The notes beneath the pieces were generated by a model. The model saw only the letters and a list, made by a program, of their open reading frames with translations. It did no database searches and was not told the origin of the DNA. Source: an uncultured Gammaproteobacteria bacterium (GTDB taxonomy: Bacteria; Patescibacteriota; Patescibacteriia; UBA10025; JAHIVO01). From it: 64,000 nt of DNA. Below are positions 42,116 to 50,867 of this stretch, in pieces; position 1 is the stretch's first letter, and each line of letters opens with the position of its first letter. The translations under genes and the position numbers were made by a program. Location: NCBI GenBank assembly GCA_964628855.1, contig CAZVMV010000002.1:11442-75441 (forward strand), given 5' to 3'.

Positions 42116-42415
42116 ATGTTACGTTCCCACACTCTCAAAGTCGCAGGATTGCTGCTCGTCGCGGCGTTCCTGCTCGTTTCACTTACCGCAACCGTGATGG
42201 CTGGCGGCCCGACTAAAAACGGGAAGCCGGTCACGCACCAGCAGGATGCCAAGCCGGTAGAAGCCAATGCCGGCGGAGTCGTGGCGATCATTGTCGTCGG
42301 CGGCGCCGTATTGCTCGTGTTTGCCAACGGTTCCACCAAGCGCGTCGACTCATCGAATGGCGGCGTGACCAGGTCGGATATCGCCAGGGCATGCGAAGAG
42401 GAAGACGATCGTTAA
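42116..42415 (+). CDS. Small secreted/bitopic hypothetical protein (GC-rich island gene 1)
   Basis: ATG 42116 is preceded by aggagg at 42105-42110. MLRSHTLKVAGLLLVAAFLLVSLTATVMA is signal-like. There is a second hydrophobic helix (GGVVAIIVVGGAVLLVF) and an acidic tail. Confidence 0.45.
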   Translation: MLRSHTLKVAGLLLVAAFLLVSLTATVMAGGPTKNGKPVTHQQDAKPVEANAGGVVAIIVVGGAVLLVFANGSTKRVDSSNGGVTRSDIARACEEEDDR

Positions 42416-42429
42416 CACTAACCACGGAG

Positions 42430-42457
42430 AGTGGGGTTGCATTGGTGCAACCCCACT
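42430..42457 (+). other. Perfect 12-bp stem / 4-nt loop hairpin between the two island genes
   Basis: agtggggttgca-ttgg-tgcaaccccact. No U-run follows it. The SD of the next gene starts 9 nt downstream. Confidence 0.6.
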
Positions 42458-42476
42458 ACCCACAGAAAGGAGTATT

Positions 42477-43205
42477 ATGCGTACGAAAAAGTATGCAATA
42501 AGGTTGGTGCGGTCGTTGATCGTCATCCTGAACGGTGCGCCATTGCCCAGACGCGGTTTTCTCGTTATCCTGAGCGACAGCGATACCGGCGCGCCCTCTG
42601 TCATACAGCGGGAGCTGCCGGACGGTACAAGCGGAATGGGGGGCATTTCTATCCGGCCGGCGCGGTTCTGGCAAACGTTTTCGCGTCCGGGGGTAGCCGC
42701 CATCTGTTCCCATGAGATGTCGAATCTCAAACATCCGCGTTCGCTGATGGAAGCCGAACTTGATGAAAAGCTGGCAGCCGTCAGCAAGATGTACCAGGGC
42801 GAGGACATGGCCACGCCCAAACGCGGCCGGCGCGACCACCTCCGCATGGAGTATGAGTTGTACAGGGGACTGCTGGTTGTCCAGCTGGCCCGTAAGCTGT
42901 GGGTGGACAACGATGCCATTAGGCTGATGATGGAGAGGCGCATTTCCCTGGATGGATATTTAGAATTCCTCGAGGGGGAACGCGATGAAGAGATGCGCCA
43001 GGTCGAACCGCTGATCCGGAAGGTCAACCGAACGTTGTTTGCCCAGATTCGTCTGGACCATGCCAGATTTATTGTCGAAGGCGACCCGCATTTGTTGCTG
43101 GTTGCCGAGGGCATGCGCCGGCACTACGAACAATGGAGCCGCCGCATCCAATTCGCACACGAAAAGTCCCGTACCTCCGATCCGAAAACCCCGCCTGCAG
43201 ATTGA
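42477..43205 (+). CDS. Hypothetical protein (GC-rich island gene 2)
   Basis: 242 aa. SD aaaggag lies 5 nt upstream. Charged and helical in the C-terminal two thirds. No recognisable motif. The 254-aa antisense ORF is judged spurious. Confidence 0.5.
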   Translation: MRTKKYAIRLVRSLIVILNGAPLPRRGFLVILSDSDTGAPSVIQRELPDGTSGMGGISIRPARFWQTFSRPGVAAICSHEMSNLKHPRSLMEAELDEKLAAVSKMYQGEDMATPKRGRRDHLRMEYELYRGLLVVQLARKLWVDNDAIRLMMERRISLDGYLEFLEGERDEEMRQVEPLIRKVNRTLFAQIRLDHARFIVEGDPHLLLVAEGMRRHYEQWSRRIQFAHEKSRTSDPKTPPAD

Positions 43206-43282
43206 AACACGTCAATTATGCAGACGGGGTTATTTTTATTTTTTTAAAAATTTTTATGTCGTGTTCTGGCTTTTCGGCAAAT

Positions 43283-43310
43283 TTATTTTTTCGTTGCAAT
43301 GCATTGCAAC
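43283..43310. repeat. 28-nt palindrome-containing element, copy 1
   Basis: ttattttttcgttgCaatgcattGcaac. The core gttgcaatgcattgcaac (43293-43310) is a perfect 18-nt palindrome. It is 26/28 identical to 57861-57888. Confidence 0.7.
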
Positions 43311-43364
43311 CATATTTAAGAAATTATAAAAAAACCGCCAATTAGAATTCCAGTACTTTATTAA

Positions 43365-44258
43365 TTAAAAAATATATATTTTATTTTTCACGGCCTCTTT
43401 CCAGACGAGCCATCGGCGCCGAATAAGCCACCCCGGCCATTTTACGAAGAAAATTTTTATATCTCTTTTACCGTGGTATAGGTAGCGTAATAACAAGATA
43501 GGAATGAGTATTGGCAGAATGAGAATTTCCAGGTAATCCCATGGCTCGACAAATATTTCCAATTTTACCGGCCCGCCGAAAGCCAGGTATTGTTTTGGGT
43601 ATTTTGATTTTAGTATCGGCCAAACCGACAAATTTATTGCGGACGCAAGCAGGCTTTTTACCGTCCATTTTTCTGGCTGATGATACACCAGGGCAAACGG
43701 TGCGCGTTTGTACGATAAATTATCGGAAATGGCTCGAATGGCCAATTCCGTGTCTTCATTATGGTATGCGTCAAAAAAAGAGTTGAATCCGCCGATAGTC
43801 CTAAAAACCTCTTTTTTAAAAGCGATATTCGCCCCGCCTGGCCATTTACCGCCGCCGTTGCTGGTCAGGCGTTCGGGGAAATAACCTTTATAGTGCTTAC
43901 TGATATAGTATGTGGCACCAAACACAAAATCGCATTGTTCGTTTGTAAAGATTTTTTCAAGCTCGACAAGCCAATTACTATCGACGACGCAATCGTCGTC
44001 AGTGAAAGCCACGATGGTCCCACGCGCCAATTCAACGCCCGTGTTTCTGGCGGCTGACGGACCCAGGTTTTTTAGGTGGTGTATTGATTTAACCTTTGGG
44101 TTGCTGAGGCGATCGAGGAAGTCGCATGTGCCGTCCGTTGATCCGTCATTAACAACAATAATTTCGTAATCAGGATGACGAAGCGCCAAAACCGACCGCA
44201 GGCAATTCTGCAGTTGGCTCAGGCGATTATGGGTGGGGATGATAACAGAAATATTCAT
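43365..44258 (-). CDS. Family 2 glycosyltransferase
   Basis: ISVIIPTHNR..., VVNDGSTDGT, and FTDDDCVVD (the DxD region). Start preferred at ATG 44258 (MNISVIIP). Confidence 0.8.
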   Translation of the reverse strand: MNISVIIPTHNRLSQLQNCLRSVLALRHPDYEIIVVNDGSTDGTCDFLDRLSNPKVKSIHHLKNLGPSAARNTGVELARGTIVAFTDDDCVVDSNWLVELEKIFTNEQCDFVFGATYYISKHYKGYFPERLTSNGGGKWPGGANIAFKKEVFRTIGGFNSFFDAYHNEDTELAIRAISDNLSYKRAPFALVYHQPEKWTVKSLLASAINLSVWPILKSKYPKQYLAFGGPVKLEIFVEPWDYLEILILPILIPILLLRYLYHGKRDIKIFFVKWPGWLIRRRWLVWKEAVKNKIYIF

Positions 44259-44442
44259 TGGGTATATTATCAATTGATTTAACATGAAAAGCAAGGATGT
44301 GGGAAATATACCATGAAAAACATGAGCAATATTGGAGGTTGGTTAAGTCAACTAAAAGGGGTGGGCACAGGATCTTGACAAAGTGACGGCAATAGTGGTT
44401 AAATCAAGCGAAAGTTGTGTACAAGGTGTGCCTAAATATACA

Positions 44443-44471
44443 TTGAAATATGAGCAATTTCGTGGTTTAAT
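44443..44471 (+). promoter_or_regulatory. Possible promoter of the type IV pilus operon
   Basis: TTGAAA (44443-44448), a 17-nt spacer, TTTAAT (44466-44471). A second candidate is TTGACA at 44375 with TTAAAT at 44399 (18-nt spacer). Confidence 0.35.
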
Positions 44472-44533
44472 GATATAGCCATTTTTTATGTTCGGCGTTT
44501 TTTTTATCCTAATTTTCGCCAATAACCTTACCT

Positions 44534-46285
44534 ATGATTAGTTTTATAGCAAAGGATGATCAGTATTCCCGTCTTTGGAAAGAGTTGGAAAATGAAAAAG
44601 TCATATCCCGCGACGATTACAAGTCCGCAGTGAAACAAGCAAAACAGTCTGACCGACACATTACCGATGTGCTTTTTGATATTGACGGCATTTCCCAGAA
44701 TAAATTATTGGAAATTTTTTCGAGACATTACAAATTACCGACGGTCGACCTGCACAACAAGGTTATCGCCCGATATGTATTGACATTAATACCCAAAGAA
44801 GTCGCCGAACAGCATTTGGTTATCGTTTTTAAAAAAAAGGAAGAAACGATCTATGTTGCCACGACCAATCCAGAGAACCGCCAGACAATCGAATTTATTA
44901 AAAAGAAGACTGGCCTTGAGCCAAAAGTGCATTTAGCTAGCCTGTCGGCAATTCGGTCCGCAATAAAAAAATACCAAAGTGAAATCAGGTCTGAGTTTGC
45001 GAAGATTGTCGAGGATAGTATCCAGGAGGCGCTAGATTCCGATGAATCACCAGAAAAGCTAGCACAGTTCATCCCGGTCATCAGGATGGTAGACACGATC
45101 ATAGAGCAGGCATTGGCTCAGAACGCTTCTGATATACATATCGAGCCGGGCCTAGATGATGTCATAATACGTTTTCGTATAGATGGAATATTAAAAAAAA
45201 TTGTTGACCTGCCAAAAGAGATCCTGCCGCCACTTTTAACTAGAATAAAGCTGCTCTCAAACGTAAAAATTGATGAGAACCGTTTGCCGCAAGATGGAAG
45301 GTTTTCCACGATTTACAAAAATCGCGACGTAGCCATCCGCACATCAATAATTCCGACACTCCACGGCTCAAAAGTTGTTATGCGGCTACTAGACCGTAGA
45401 CAGCAGGAGTTCACACTGCAGAAACTTGGTTTTAACAAACGTGATTATGTACTCCTGCGGAGCGAAATTACCAAGCCTCACGGCATGATTTTGGTTACTG
45501 GACCGACTGGTTCAGGGAAGACGACAACTTTGTATTCAATACTTCAGTTGACAAATAAGGAGGGGGTTAACATCAGCACGATTGAGGACCCGATTGAATA
45601 TGGTTTGCCGGGTATAAATCAGACACAAATTAACCCGACTGCAGGCCTAACTTTTGCCAACGGTTTGCGTTCGTTGCTACGTCAGGATCCAAATATTCTG
45701 ATGGTCGGCGAAATTCGCGATATTGAAACTGCTTCAATGGCCGTAAATGCTGCCATGACCGGGCATCTGGTTTTGACGACATTACATACAAATTCCGCCT
45801 TTCAGGCGCTCCAACGCCTAATTGAGATGGAAGTGCAGCCATTTTTAGCCGCCTCTGTGACTAATGTGGTTATTGGCCAGCGACTGGTCAGGCAAATCTG
45901 CAGCCATTGCAAAACTACTGTTGAGTCAAAAAAGAAATTATTTGAAAGATACCAGCCATTCTTTAAAATTGAGGATATTTTTAATAAATTGAGACACCTT
46001 GGTTTGTTGGGCTCGGGAGGAAAGGCAGTTAATGAAATCCCGTTGTACTATGGGAAAGGGTGCACACACTGCCAACAGACCGGCTATCGCGGTCGGTTGG
46101 GCATATTTGAGGTATTAACTGTAGGTCCAGCCGTACATGAAGCCATACTAAAAAATCCTTCAGCAGATAACATAAAGAATGCTGCGTTACAAGCTGGCGT
46201 CATTACAATGGTTGAGGACGGGCTTTTGAAAGTGTTTAATGGGCAGACGACATTTGAAGAGGTATTACGAGTAACAAAAGGTTAA
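44534..46285 (+). CDS. pilB: Type IV pilus assembly ATPase PilB (GspE family)
   Basis: 583 aa. N-terminal T2SSE_N-like domains, Walker A GPTGSGKTTTLYS, Asp/His boxes, Walker B ILMVGEIRD, and the tetracysteine motif CSHC...CTHC. Confidence 0.85.
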   Translation: MISFIAKDDQYSRLWKELENEKVISRDDYKSAVKQAKQSDRHITDVLFDIDGISQNKLLEIFSRHYKLPTVDLHNKVIARYVLTLIPKEVAEQHLVIVFKKKEETIYVATTNPENRQTIEFIKKKTGLEPKVHLASLSAIRSAIKKYQSEIRSEFAKIVEDSIQEALDSDESPEKLAQFIPVIRMVDTIIEQALAQNASDIHIEPGLDDVIIRFRIDGILKKIVDLPKEILPPLLTRIKLLSNVKIDENRLPQDGRFSTIYKNRDVAIRTSIIPTLHGSKVVMRLLDRRQQEFTLQKLGFNKRDYVLLRSEITKPHGMILVTGPTGSGKTTTLYSILQLTNKEGVNISTIEDPIEYGLPGINQTQINPTAGLTFANGLRSLLRQDPNILMVGEIRDIETASMAVNAAMTGHLVLTTLHTNSAFQALQRLIEMEVQPFLAASVTNVVIGQRLVRQICSHCKTTVESKKKLFERYQPFFKIEDIFNKLRHLGLLGSGGKAVNEIPLYYGKGCTHCQQTGYRGRLGIFEVLTVGPAVHEAILKNPSADNIKNAALQAGVITMVEDGLLKVFNGQTTFEEVLRVTKG

Positions 46286-46286
46286 A

Positions 46287-47495
46287 ATGACATTATTTCG
46301 TTATACAGCCCTCGATAAAAATGACGCCTTTACTAAAGGCGTGATTGAGGCAAAGAACGAAAAGGCTGCCCGAGTCCAGCTGGACAAGGAGGGCTTTATG
46401 GTAGTCAATTTGAAGGCAGAAAAATCAAAGCAGTCCATTTGGCTGAATGCAATTTTTCAGAAAATTGGCCGAGTTGAAATGATATTTTTCACCCGCCACC
46501 TCTATACCATTCTTGAGTCAGGCATCCCACTGGACCAGGCTATAAAAATTACCAGTGACCAGACCCCAAACCGGAAGTTCAGGGAAATTTTGGAAGATAT
46601 CCACAAAAACTTGCAGCGCGGTCAGACTTTCCATATGGCCCTATCACAACACCCACAATATTTCTCGAAATTTTTTATTAGTTTGATTAAAGTGGGTGAG
46701 CGTAGCGGAAAATTGGACGAAGTCCTCCAATATTCCCTGGAACAACAGGAAAATGATTTCGAGCTGGTTACTAAGGCGCGATCAGCCATGGTGTACCCTG
46801 CAGTCATCTTATCAGCTCTGGTGATAATTTTTATTTTTATGGTGACATTTGTTGTCCCCAAAATCACCAGCGTATTGACTCAGTACAATGTAGAGCTGCC
46901 ATTCTTAACCAAAGTCATTATTGGCTTGAGCAATTTTTTCGTACATTATGGCCTGTTTTGCATCCCGGTGCTTATTATCATCTGGTACCTGTTCAGGAGA
47001 TGGAAAAATACTCCCAAAGGCAAATGGTATTGGGATTCGTTTGTTTTGTCGCTGCCGCGGATAAACATGATCGTGATGGATTTTAATCTGGCCAGGGTCA
47101 ACCGTTCGTTAAGCGCCTTATTGAAAAGCGGTATGCAGATAGACCAGGCTTTATCATTAACGGCCGAAGTGACAAACAACAGCCATTATGCCAAGTCTAT
47201 TAAGGAAAGTATCAAATTTGTACAAAAGGGCATTGCCTTTTCCGAAACACTTAAAGGTTATCCAAAATTATATCCGCCGATTACCGCCCAAATGACGTTC
47301 GTCGGTGAGAAAACCGGGAAATTCGACCATATGCTGACGCGACTAGCTGTGTTTTATGAAAAGGCGGTATTGACCGCGACTGGGAATCTTGCCTCGGTCA
47401 TCGAGCCGGTATTACTCATCGTCATCGGTTTGGCAGTGGCCATGATGGCCATCGGCATCTTAACTCCTATTTGGGATTATGCCCAAACTATTTAA
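46287..47495 (+). CDS. pilC: Type IV pilus platform protein PilC (GspF family)
   Basis: 402 aa with a duplicated T2SSF domain pattern (FTRHLYTILESGIPL... / LARVNRSLSALLKSGMQI...) and 3 TM segments. Confidence 0.85.
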   Translation: MTLFRYTALDKNDAFTKGVIEAKNEKAARVQLDKEGFMVVNLKAEKSKQSIWLNAIFQKIGRVEMIFFTRHLYTILESGIPLDQAIKITSDQTPNRKFREILEDIHKNLQRGQTFHMALSQHPQYFSKFFISLIKVGERSGKLDEVLQYSLEQQENDFELVTKARSAMVYPAVILSALVIIFIFMVTFVVPKITSVLTQYNVELPFLTKVIIGLSNFFVHYGLFCIPVLIIIWYLFRRWKNTPKGKWYWDSFVLSLPRINMIVMDFNLARVNRSLSALLKSGMQIDQALSLTAEVTNNSHYAKSIKESIKFVQKGIAFSETLKGYPKLYPPITAQMTFVGEKTGKFDHMLTRLAVFYEKAVLTATGNLASVIEPVLLIVIGLAVAMMAIGILTPIWDYAQTI

Positions 47496-47496
47496 T

Positions 47497-47937
47497 ATGA
47501 AATTAAAGGTCCCCAAAAAAGGATTTACCATTATTGAGCTGCTGGTCGTTTTGGGGATGATCGGGATTGTCTGTGCTGTGGCTGTGCCGGCATTTGCCAT
47601 GATACAAAAGAATATCAGTCTGAAAAATTATACCAAAGAGATTGTCAGCAATTTGCGCCGGGCGCAGAGTATGGCAGTGGCATCTCAGGACGGGCTAGAT
47701 CACGGAATTTTCTTTTCCGGAAATGAATACGGGATTTGTGAACAAAATTGCACCGTACGCACCACTACCTATAGCCTAGATAATGGGATATCAATAGTAG
47801 CCGGAGCCGGCACTTCAGTTGTGTTCAACCGATTGACCGGCAATGCTACCCCCCAAACCATTGAGGTTGGCTTTGCTGGTGGCAAACACAACACTATCCA
47901 GATTAATGAAACTGGACTGATTACCGCTACATATTAG
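47497..47937 (+). CDS. Type IV prepilin (likely major pilin)
   Basis: MKLKVPKKG|FTIIELLVVLGMIGIV is a class III signal with Gly-1, Phe+1 and Glu+5. ATG 47497 lies 1 nt after the pilC stop. Confidence 0.8.
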   Translation: MKLKVPKKGFTIIELLVVLGMIGIVCAVAVPAFAMIQKNISLKNYTKEIVSNLRRAQSMAVASQDGLDHGIFFSGNEYGICEQNCTVRTTTYSLDNGISIVAGAGTSVVFNRLTGNATPQTIEVGFAGGKHNTIQINETGLITATY

Positions 47938-47943
47938 TTAAAT

Positions 47944-48522
47944 ATGAAAAAGCCCCAACATGGTTTCAGTGTAATCGAAGTCCTGATCAGCTTAGGCATG
48001 GTCGTTTTGATCGTGGCTAGCATCGGTACGGCTCTGGCGGCCAATAACCGACTGAGCCAGACTGGTAATGCGAAAGACATGGCATTGGCTTATGCTAGGG
48101 AGAGTTTGGAAATAGTTGCACAACAGGCAGAAAATTATTTTGGCTGTCATTGTGGCGTGAATGCTACTTGCACGGGCCAGCAATGCACTCGGACAAGCGA
48201 TAGTCGGACATGCACCATGTTTGAGGGTTATGCCAGCTGCTGGAGTGAATTTGGTGTAGGGCTTAATCAGCAAATCCCACTCCATATAGATGCTGGTAAC
48301 CAATTAGTAAGTGGAGCCGAGACCATCTCTGGCCAGGTTGATTTTACCCGGACTGTGAGTATTGAGAATATTCGCCGTGACGCAAATGACGACATCGTCG
48401 AGTCTGGTGGCACCATCGATTTCGGGTCCAAAAAAATTCTAGTCAGCGTAAGGTGGACAGAACGTGGTCAGCCGAAAAACGTCGAATTATCCACCATCTT
48501 AACAGGATGGAAGAAATTTTAA
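47944..48522 (+). CDS. Type IV prepilin-like protein (minor pilin)
   Basis: MKKPQHG|FSVIEVLISLGMVVLIV. The globular part is Cys-containing (CHCGVNATCTGQQCTRTSDSRTC). Confidence 0.75.
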   Translation: MKKPQHGFSVIEVLISLGMVVLIVASIGTALAANNRLSQTGNAKDMALAYARESLEIVAQQAENYFGCHCGVNATCTGQQCTRTSDSRTCTMFEGYASCWSEFGVGLNQQIPLHIDAGNQLVSGAETISGQVDFTRTVSIENIRRDANDDIVESGGTIDFGSKKILVSVRWTERGQPKNVELSTILTGWKKF

Positions 48523-48523
48523 T

Positions 48524-49015
48524 ATGGGTAATCAGAATAAAAATCAAACAGGATATACACTTGTCGAACTTTTGGTATATTTGAGCATTGTAACAATCAG
48601 CGTACTGGTATTTACCACTTTTGTCTTTAATGTCACGAAAAATTCCGCACGGGCGGAAATGAAGCAGGAACTGCAGGAGAATGCCCGCGTGGTAATAAAT
48701 CGCCTGACCCAGAATATCAGGCAAGCTGATGGCATCGATGTGGCAAATTCAACTTTTGGTGTTGCAGCAGGTAGGCTTACTTTAAATCAGGCGGCAGCAT
48801 CTGATACGACATTCCGCTTGTTAAACGATGCGGTCGTCTTTAATGACGGTACCAGCGACCATGTACTGACTAGCAACAAAGTGAAAGTTACAAGAATGCA
48901 GTTTAGCGAAGACACTGATTTGGTAAAGATAGAGCTGAAGCTCATCCTGGTCAGTGATCCGACCCAGTCATTCAGCCTGAATTCTGCCGCCCTGGCCAGA
49001 CAGTCCATTTATTAA
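48524..49015 (+). CDS. Type IV prepilin-like protein (minor pilin)
   Basis: MGNQNKNQTG|YTLVELLVYLSIVTISVLVF. Confidence 0.75.
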   Translation: MGNQNKNQTGYTLVELLVYLSIVTISVLVFTTFVFNVTKNSARAEMKQELQENARVVINRLTQNIRQADGIDVANSTFGVAAGRLTLNQAAASDTTFRLLNDAVVFNDGTSDHVLTSNKVKVTRMQFSEDTDLVKIELKLILVSDPTQSFSLNSAALARQSIY

Positions 49016-49022
49016 TATATGT

Positions 49023-50792
49023 ATGTATAATCTTCCCAATAATCAAAAAGGAGCAATAGCGGTCATCTCGCTAATGATAATTGCCGGTTTTGCGTTGGCT
49101 GTGATCACGACCGTCAGCTTTACGTCTATCAACGTTTTCCGAAGTGCCAGTGCGGGCATCGACACTGATAAGACTTTTTATGCGGCAGAGGCAGGTGTGA
49201 ATGAGGCATTGTACCGCCTTATTTCCAAACCCGTGCCTGAACCGTTTTCACTCATTTTAAATGGTGTGGAAGTTGACGTGACGGTAAGCGCCAACCCGGC
49301 CAACCCGTATCAGCGTTTCATTCAGTCACGAGCAGAAGACCAAACGGGAAAAGTCCGCACCCTCCGGATTGCGGCGAATACGAAAACGTACTCCGGCGGC
49401 TTTCAATATGCATTACAGTCCGGAGAGGGAGGTATTGAGCTGCTTAATAATAGTGAAGTCATTGGTGACGTGTGGACCAATGGGAGTATATTCGGCGGTA
49501 CTGGAGCCGCTATACAGGCCACTGTTGATGGAAATGCTTGGGTTGCACATGGTTCAGCTGAGACTGAGGGGCCCAAGCAGGAGAATGGTGGAAATTTTAC
49601 CGTGGCCAATGCCGCCGACAGGCAGGATGTGGGCCAAAGTTTCGTGACTCCCATCGATTCTCCGCTTAAGACGATCGGCATGTATCTCAAACGAAACGGT
49701 TCGCTGCCAGGCGACGTGACCCTCAAAATAGTCCGGGATAATGGCAGCGGCTCGCCCAGTACGGAAATTATTGTTTCAAAGGAAATTAAAAAAAATGACT
49801 TTCCGACGACTTCACAGTGGTTTAATGTTTCATTCGACATCGGGCCGGTCTTGTCAGCAGGCACTGTGTATTGGATCATACTTGATTCTCCGTCATTTGA
49901 CGCCTCAAAATATTTGGTCTGGGATTTAAATACCAACCCTTCTAGCTATGCAAATGGTGATGCTAAAAAATCCTCAGATTTTAACAGTGGCATCTGGGCA
50001 CCATTAAATGGCGATTTTAAATTCAGAACGTCCCTCGGGTATGGAAATACGTTTGTCAGGCAGGTTGAAGTGAAAGGAGATTTATATGCTAATACCATAG
50101 ATAAGTCCGTCATCGTTAATAATGCGCATTATCAAACTATTTCTCCCGATACGACGGTTCTCGGGACAAAATTTCCCGGATCGTCTGACCCCGACCCAAA
50201 ACCATTCCCAATCACCGATGCCACCATTACGCAATGGAAAAATGACGCAACGGCAGGTGGGGTGCTGAGCGGTGACCAAAATATTTCCGGAACGGTCACA
50301 ATTGGACCCAAGAAGATTTTAGGCAATCTTACTCTGAGTGGTAATGCACACTTAATCATCGGTGGCCCTTTGTGGATAACTGGGAATGTCACTTTTAATA
50401 ATCCAGGAATAAAAATTTCTATTGACCCAAGCCTAGGGCCAGCATCTTCGGTCGTATTGGCGGACGGAAAGTTCGATATCAATAATAATGCCACTATCTC
50501 TGGCACCGGTGATCCAAAAAGCTTTCTGTTAATACTTTCGACAAACAATTCCCTTAACCCAGTCAGTCCGGCCATAAATGCTGCCAATAACTCTAATGCG
50601 GTCGTGTATTATGCAAAAAATGGCATGGTGCGGATTTATAATGGCAGCCAACTCCATGGAACGACGGGTTATTATTTAACGCTTGAAGAAGGCAGTACGG
50701 TCACCTATGATGCGGCTCTGCAGTATTTCACCGTACCGACTGGGACTGACGATACTATCACTCCTTTACCTGACAGTTGGATAGAACTGTAA
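49023..50792 (+). CDS. Large PilX-like minor pilin / candidate pilus-tip protein
   Basis: 589 aa. N-terminal NQKGAIAVISLMIIAGFALAV with no Glu+5, followed by FYAAEAGVNEALYRL (PilX_N-like). The remaining ~520 aa are soluble and beta-rich. Confidence 0.55.
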   Translation: MYNLPNNQKGAIAVISLMIIAGFALAVITTVSFTSINVFRSASAGIDTDKTFYAAEAGVNEALYRLISKPVPEPFSLILNGVEVDVTVSANPANPYQRFIQSRAEDQTGKVRTLRIAANTKTYSGGFQYALQSGEGGIELLNNSEVIGDVWTNGSIFGGTGAAIQATVDGNAWVAHGSAETEGPKQENGGNFTVANAADRQDVGQSFVTPIDSPLKTIGMYLKRNGSLPGDVTLKIVRDNGSGSPSTEIIVSKEIKKNDFPTTSQWFNVSFDIGPVLSAGTVYWIILDSPSFDASKYLVWDLNTNPSSYANGDAKKSSDFNSGIWAPLNGDFKFRTSLGYGNTFVRQVEVKGDLYANTIDKSVIVNNAHYQTISPDTTVLGTKFPGSSDPDPKPFPITDATITQWKNDATAGGVLSGDQNISGTVTIGPKKILGNLTLSGNAHLIIGGPLWITGNVTFNNPGIKISIDPSLGPASSVVLADGKFDINNNATISGTGDPKSFLLILSTNNSLNPVSPAINAANNSNAVVYYAKNGMVRIYNGSQLHGTTGYYLTLEEGSTVTYDAALQYFTVPTGTDDTITPLPDSWIEL

Positions 50793-50830
50793 TTCGCCCA
50801 CATTTGCATAACGCCAAAATCTATAATAAT

Positions 50831-50864
50831 AAAAACAACCCTGCAGAAATGCGGGGTTGTTTTA
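50831..50864. terminator. Bidirectional intrinsic terminator closing the pilus operon
   Basis: An A-run, then an 11-bp stem acaaccctgca (50835-45) / tgcggggttgt (50850-60, one G-U pair) with loop gaaa, then a T-run. Confidence 0.65.
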
Positions 50865-50867
50865 GCG

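Noticed and set aside
42350-43114. 254-aa minus-strand ORF inside the GC-rich island
   Set aside because: High GC suppresses stop codons on the antisense strand. The product is Ser/Arg/Pro-rich and has no SD. The plus-strand 242-aa ORF has a strong SD and a sensible composition.
44295-44533. Riboswitch (for example c-di-GMP) in the 239-nt leader region of the pilus operon
   Set aside because: I could not find the conserved GEMM-type or other riboswitch core strings. The region is adequately explained by two promoter-like hexamer pairs. This was left unconfirmed rather than called.
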